A DNA stretch of 24,000 nucleotides from Anaerolineae bacterium. GTDB lineage: Bacteria > Chloroflexota > Anaerolineae > Promineifilales > Promineifilaceae. The position numbers were made by a program, and so were the translations under genes. Below the pieces are notes generated by a model. The model did not search any database and was not told the DNA's origin. It saw only the letters and a list, made by a program, of their open reading frames with translations. Location of the stretch: NCBI GenBank assembly GCA_023382655.1, contig JAHDWK010000005.1, forward strand, positions 348,138 to 372,137. Reading direction: 5' to 3'. Shown piece after piece: positions 23,319 through 24,000 of the stretch. How positions within the stretch are numbered: the stretch's first letter is position 1; each line of letters opens with the position of its first letter.

Positions 23319-23993
23319 TTATCCTACTCCTTGCATTTCCAGGTTCTGTAATGCCTGGCACAATAGATCAGCTGCCCCTTCTGCCGCCAATTCCTCTAGT
23401 GTGAATCGTGTGATGGCCAGCAGCATAAATGCCTGTCCTGGAACATCACGGTGTGCTTGCCGGGCAATGGTATGAAAACGTTCTATATTTCTGGCGGCGG
23501 CTACGACCTGTTTTTGTATCTCGATAAAGTTGTCACTCTGCAATACCGTCTTATCAAGATAATTCTGCAAGCGTCCCCCCTCTCGATAATATGGGAACGA
23601 TTCAAGCCCCATAAAGCGTAAGAACCAGTCAGCGTTGAATGTGCCCAGCGCCGCGACAATGCCCGCATAATCAGCCAGTAATTCGTCGAATATGTCACGG
23701 CGCATGAGGCCAAAAACACGCTTGGTGAAGTAGTGAGTACATTCATGTTCCAGCCGAATAGTCAGTGAAAGTTGCCGCCAGGCAGTTTCCGTTAACCCCA
23801 TGTCGTGCGCCGCTACACCGCTATAAGGTCCATCGAGCAAAATCATAAACCGGTCTTGATAGAAATGTTTTTGAGGGATTAACCGTTTGAACTCTGCTTG
23901 CCAGCCTGCTTCCGCCCTGTTTTGCGGATTTTCCAGTTCCCATTGTGTGCGGTAAGAGCGAATTCTGTCCCAATTGATATAACCAGATACCAT
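23319..23993 (-). CDS. Hypothetical protein with an HExxH metallopeptidase-like motif, first visible gene of the NHLM export operon (the N-terminus may extend beyond the window)
   Basis: The ORF is at least 224 aa. The motif is RLEHECTHYFTKRVFGLMRRDIFDELLADY: HExxH followed about 20 residues later by D-E, a gluzincin-like spacing. Its stop lies 4 nt before the HlyD start. The two codons upstream of the ATG at 23993 are still open at the window edge. I recognise no family. Confidence 0.55.
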   Translation of the reverse strand: MVSGYINWDRIRSYRTQWELENPQNRAEAGWQAEFKRLIPQKHFYQDRFMILLDGPYSGVAAHDMGLTETAWRQLSLTIRLEHECTHYFTKRVFGLMRRDIFDELLADYAGIVAALGTFNADWFLRFMGLESFPYYREGGRLQNYLDKTVLQSDNFIEIQKQVVAAARNIERFHTIARQAHRDVPGQAFMLLAITRFTLEELAAEGAADLLCQALQNLEMQGVG

Positions 23994-24000
23994 ACATGCG

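Noticed and set aside
1-24000. Looked for CRISPR arrays, tRNA/rRNA genes, IS elements, integrases, and long direct or inverted repeats marking island borders
   Set aside because: I found no regularly spaced repeats of 25-40 bp, no tRNA-like T-arm or acceptor patterns, no transposase or integrase-like ORFs and no long terminal repeats by eye. Manual scanning cannot exclude degenerate elements.

Overview
This is a bacterial chromosomal segment. PT-rich linkers and the gene content suggest a Chloroflexota-like organism, but I cannot verify that. No rRNA, tRNA, CRISPR array, transposase or integrase was recognised.

Left part (1-12.7 kb), GC-rich and mostly ordinary genes:
- 3' end of a beta-helix (choice-of-anchor-Q-like) surface protein
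- a frameshifted gene remnant
- a membrane-anchored SurA-like chaperone
- the rpsF-ssb-rpsR operon
- SppA
- a secreted GH99-like/LysM protein
- a DNA-alkylation-repair-family protein
- a roughly 700 bp gene-poor gap
- a DUF2779-type nuclease
- a fused IorA/IorB-type molybdoenzyme

Right part (12.7-24 kb), which looks accessory:
1. A stand-alone 20-codon Cys/Gly-rich micropeptide gene (MLVRQQKSDCCGGSGCGCGC). It has a canonical SD, consensus -35 and -10 hexamers with a 16-nt spacer, twin 16-bp GATC-centred palindromic operators, and its own intrinsic terminator. The ORF track missed it because of the length cut-off.
2. A divergent padR / ABC ATPase / 828-aa double-FtsX permease operon.
3. A convergent, lower-GC four-gene NHLM/NHLP-type RiPP export operon: an HExxH protein, a short HlyD, a C39-peptidase ABC transporter, and a long ABC transporter with a large N-terminal extension. 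No precursor or maturase gene is in view, so the rest of the cluster should lie beyond nt 24000.

Across the whole window the 8-bp palindrome ACGGCCGT occurs 48 times by my manual scan, against well under one expected. This resembles the cyanobacterial HIP1 phenomenon. The copies are strongly frame-biased in genes, paired copies form terminator stems, and density is lower in the accessory part.
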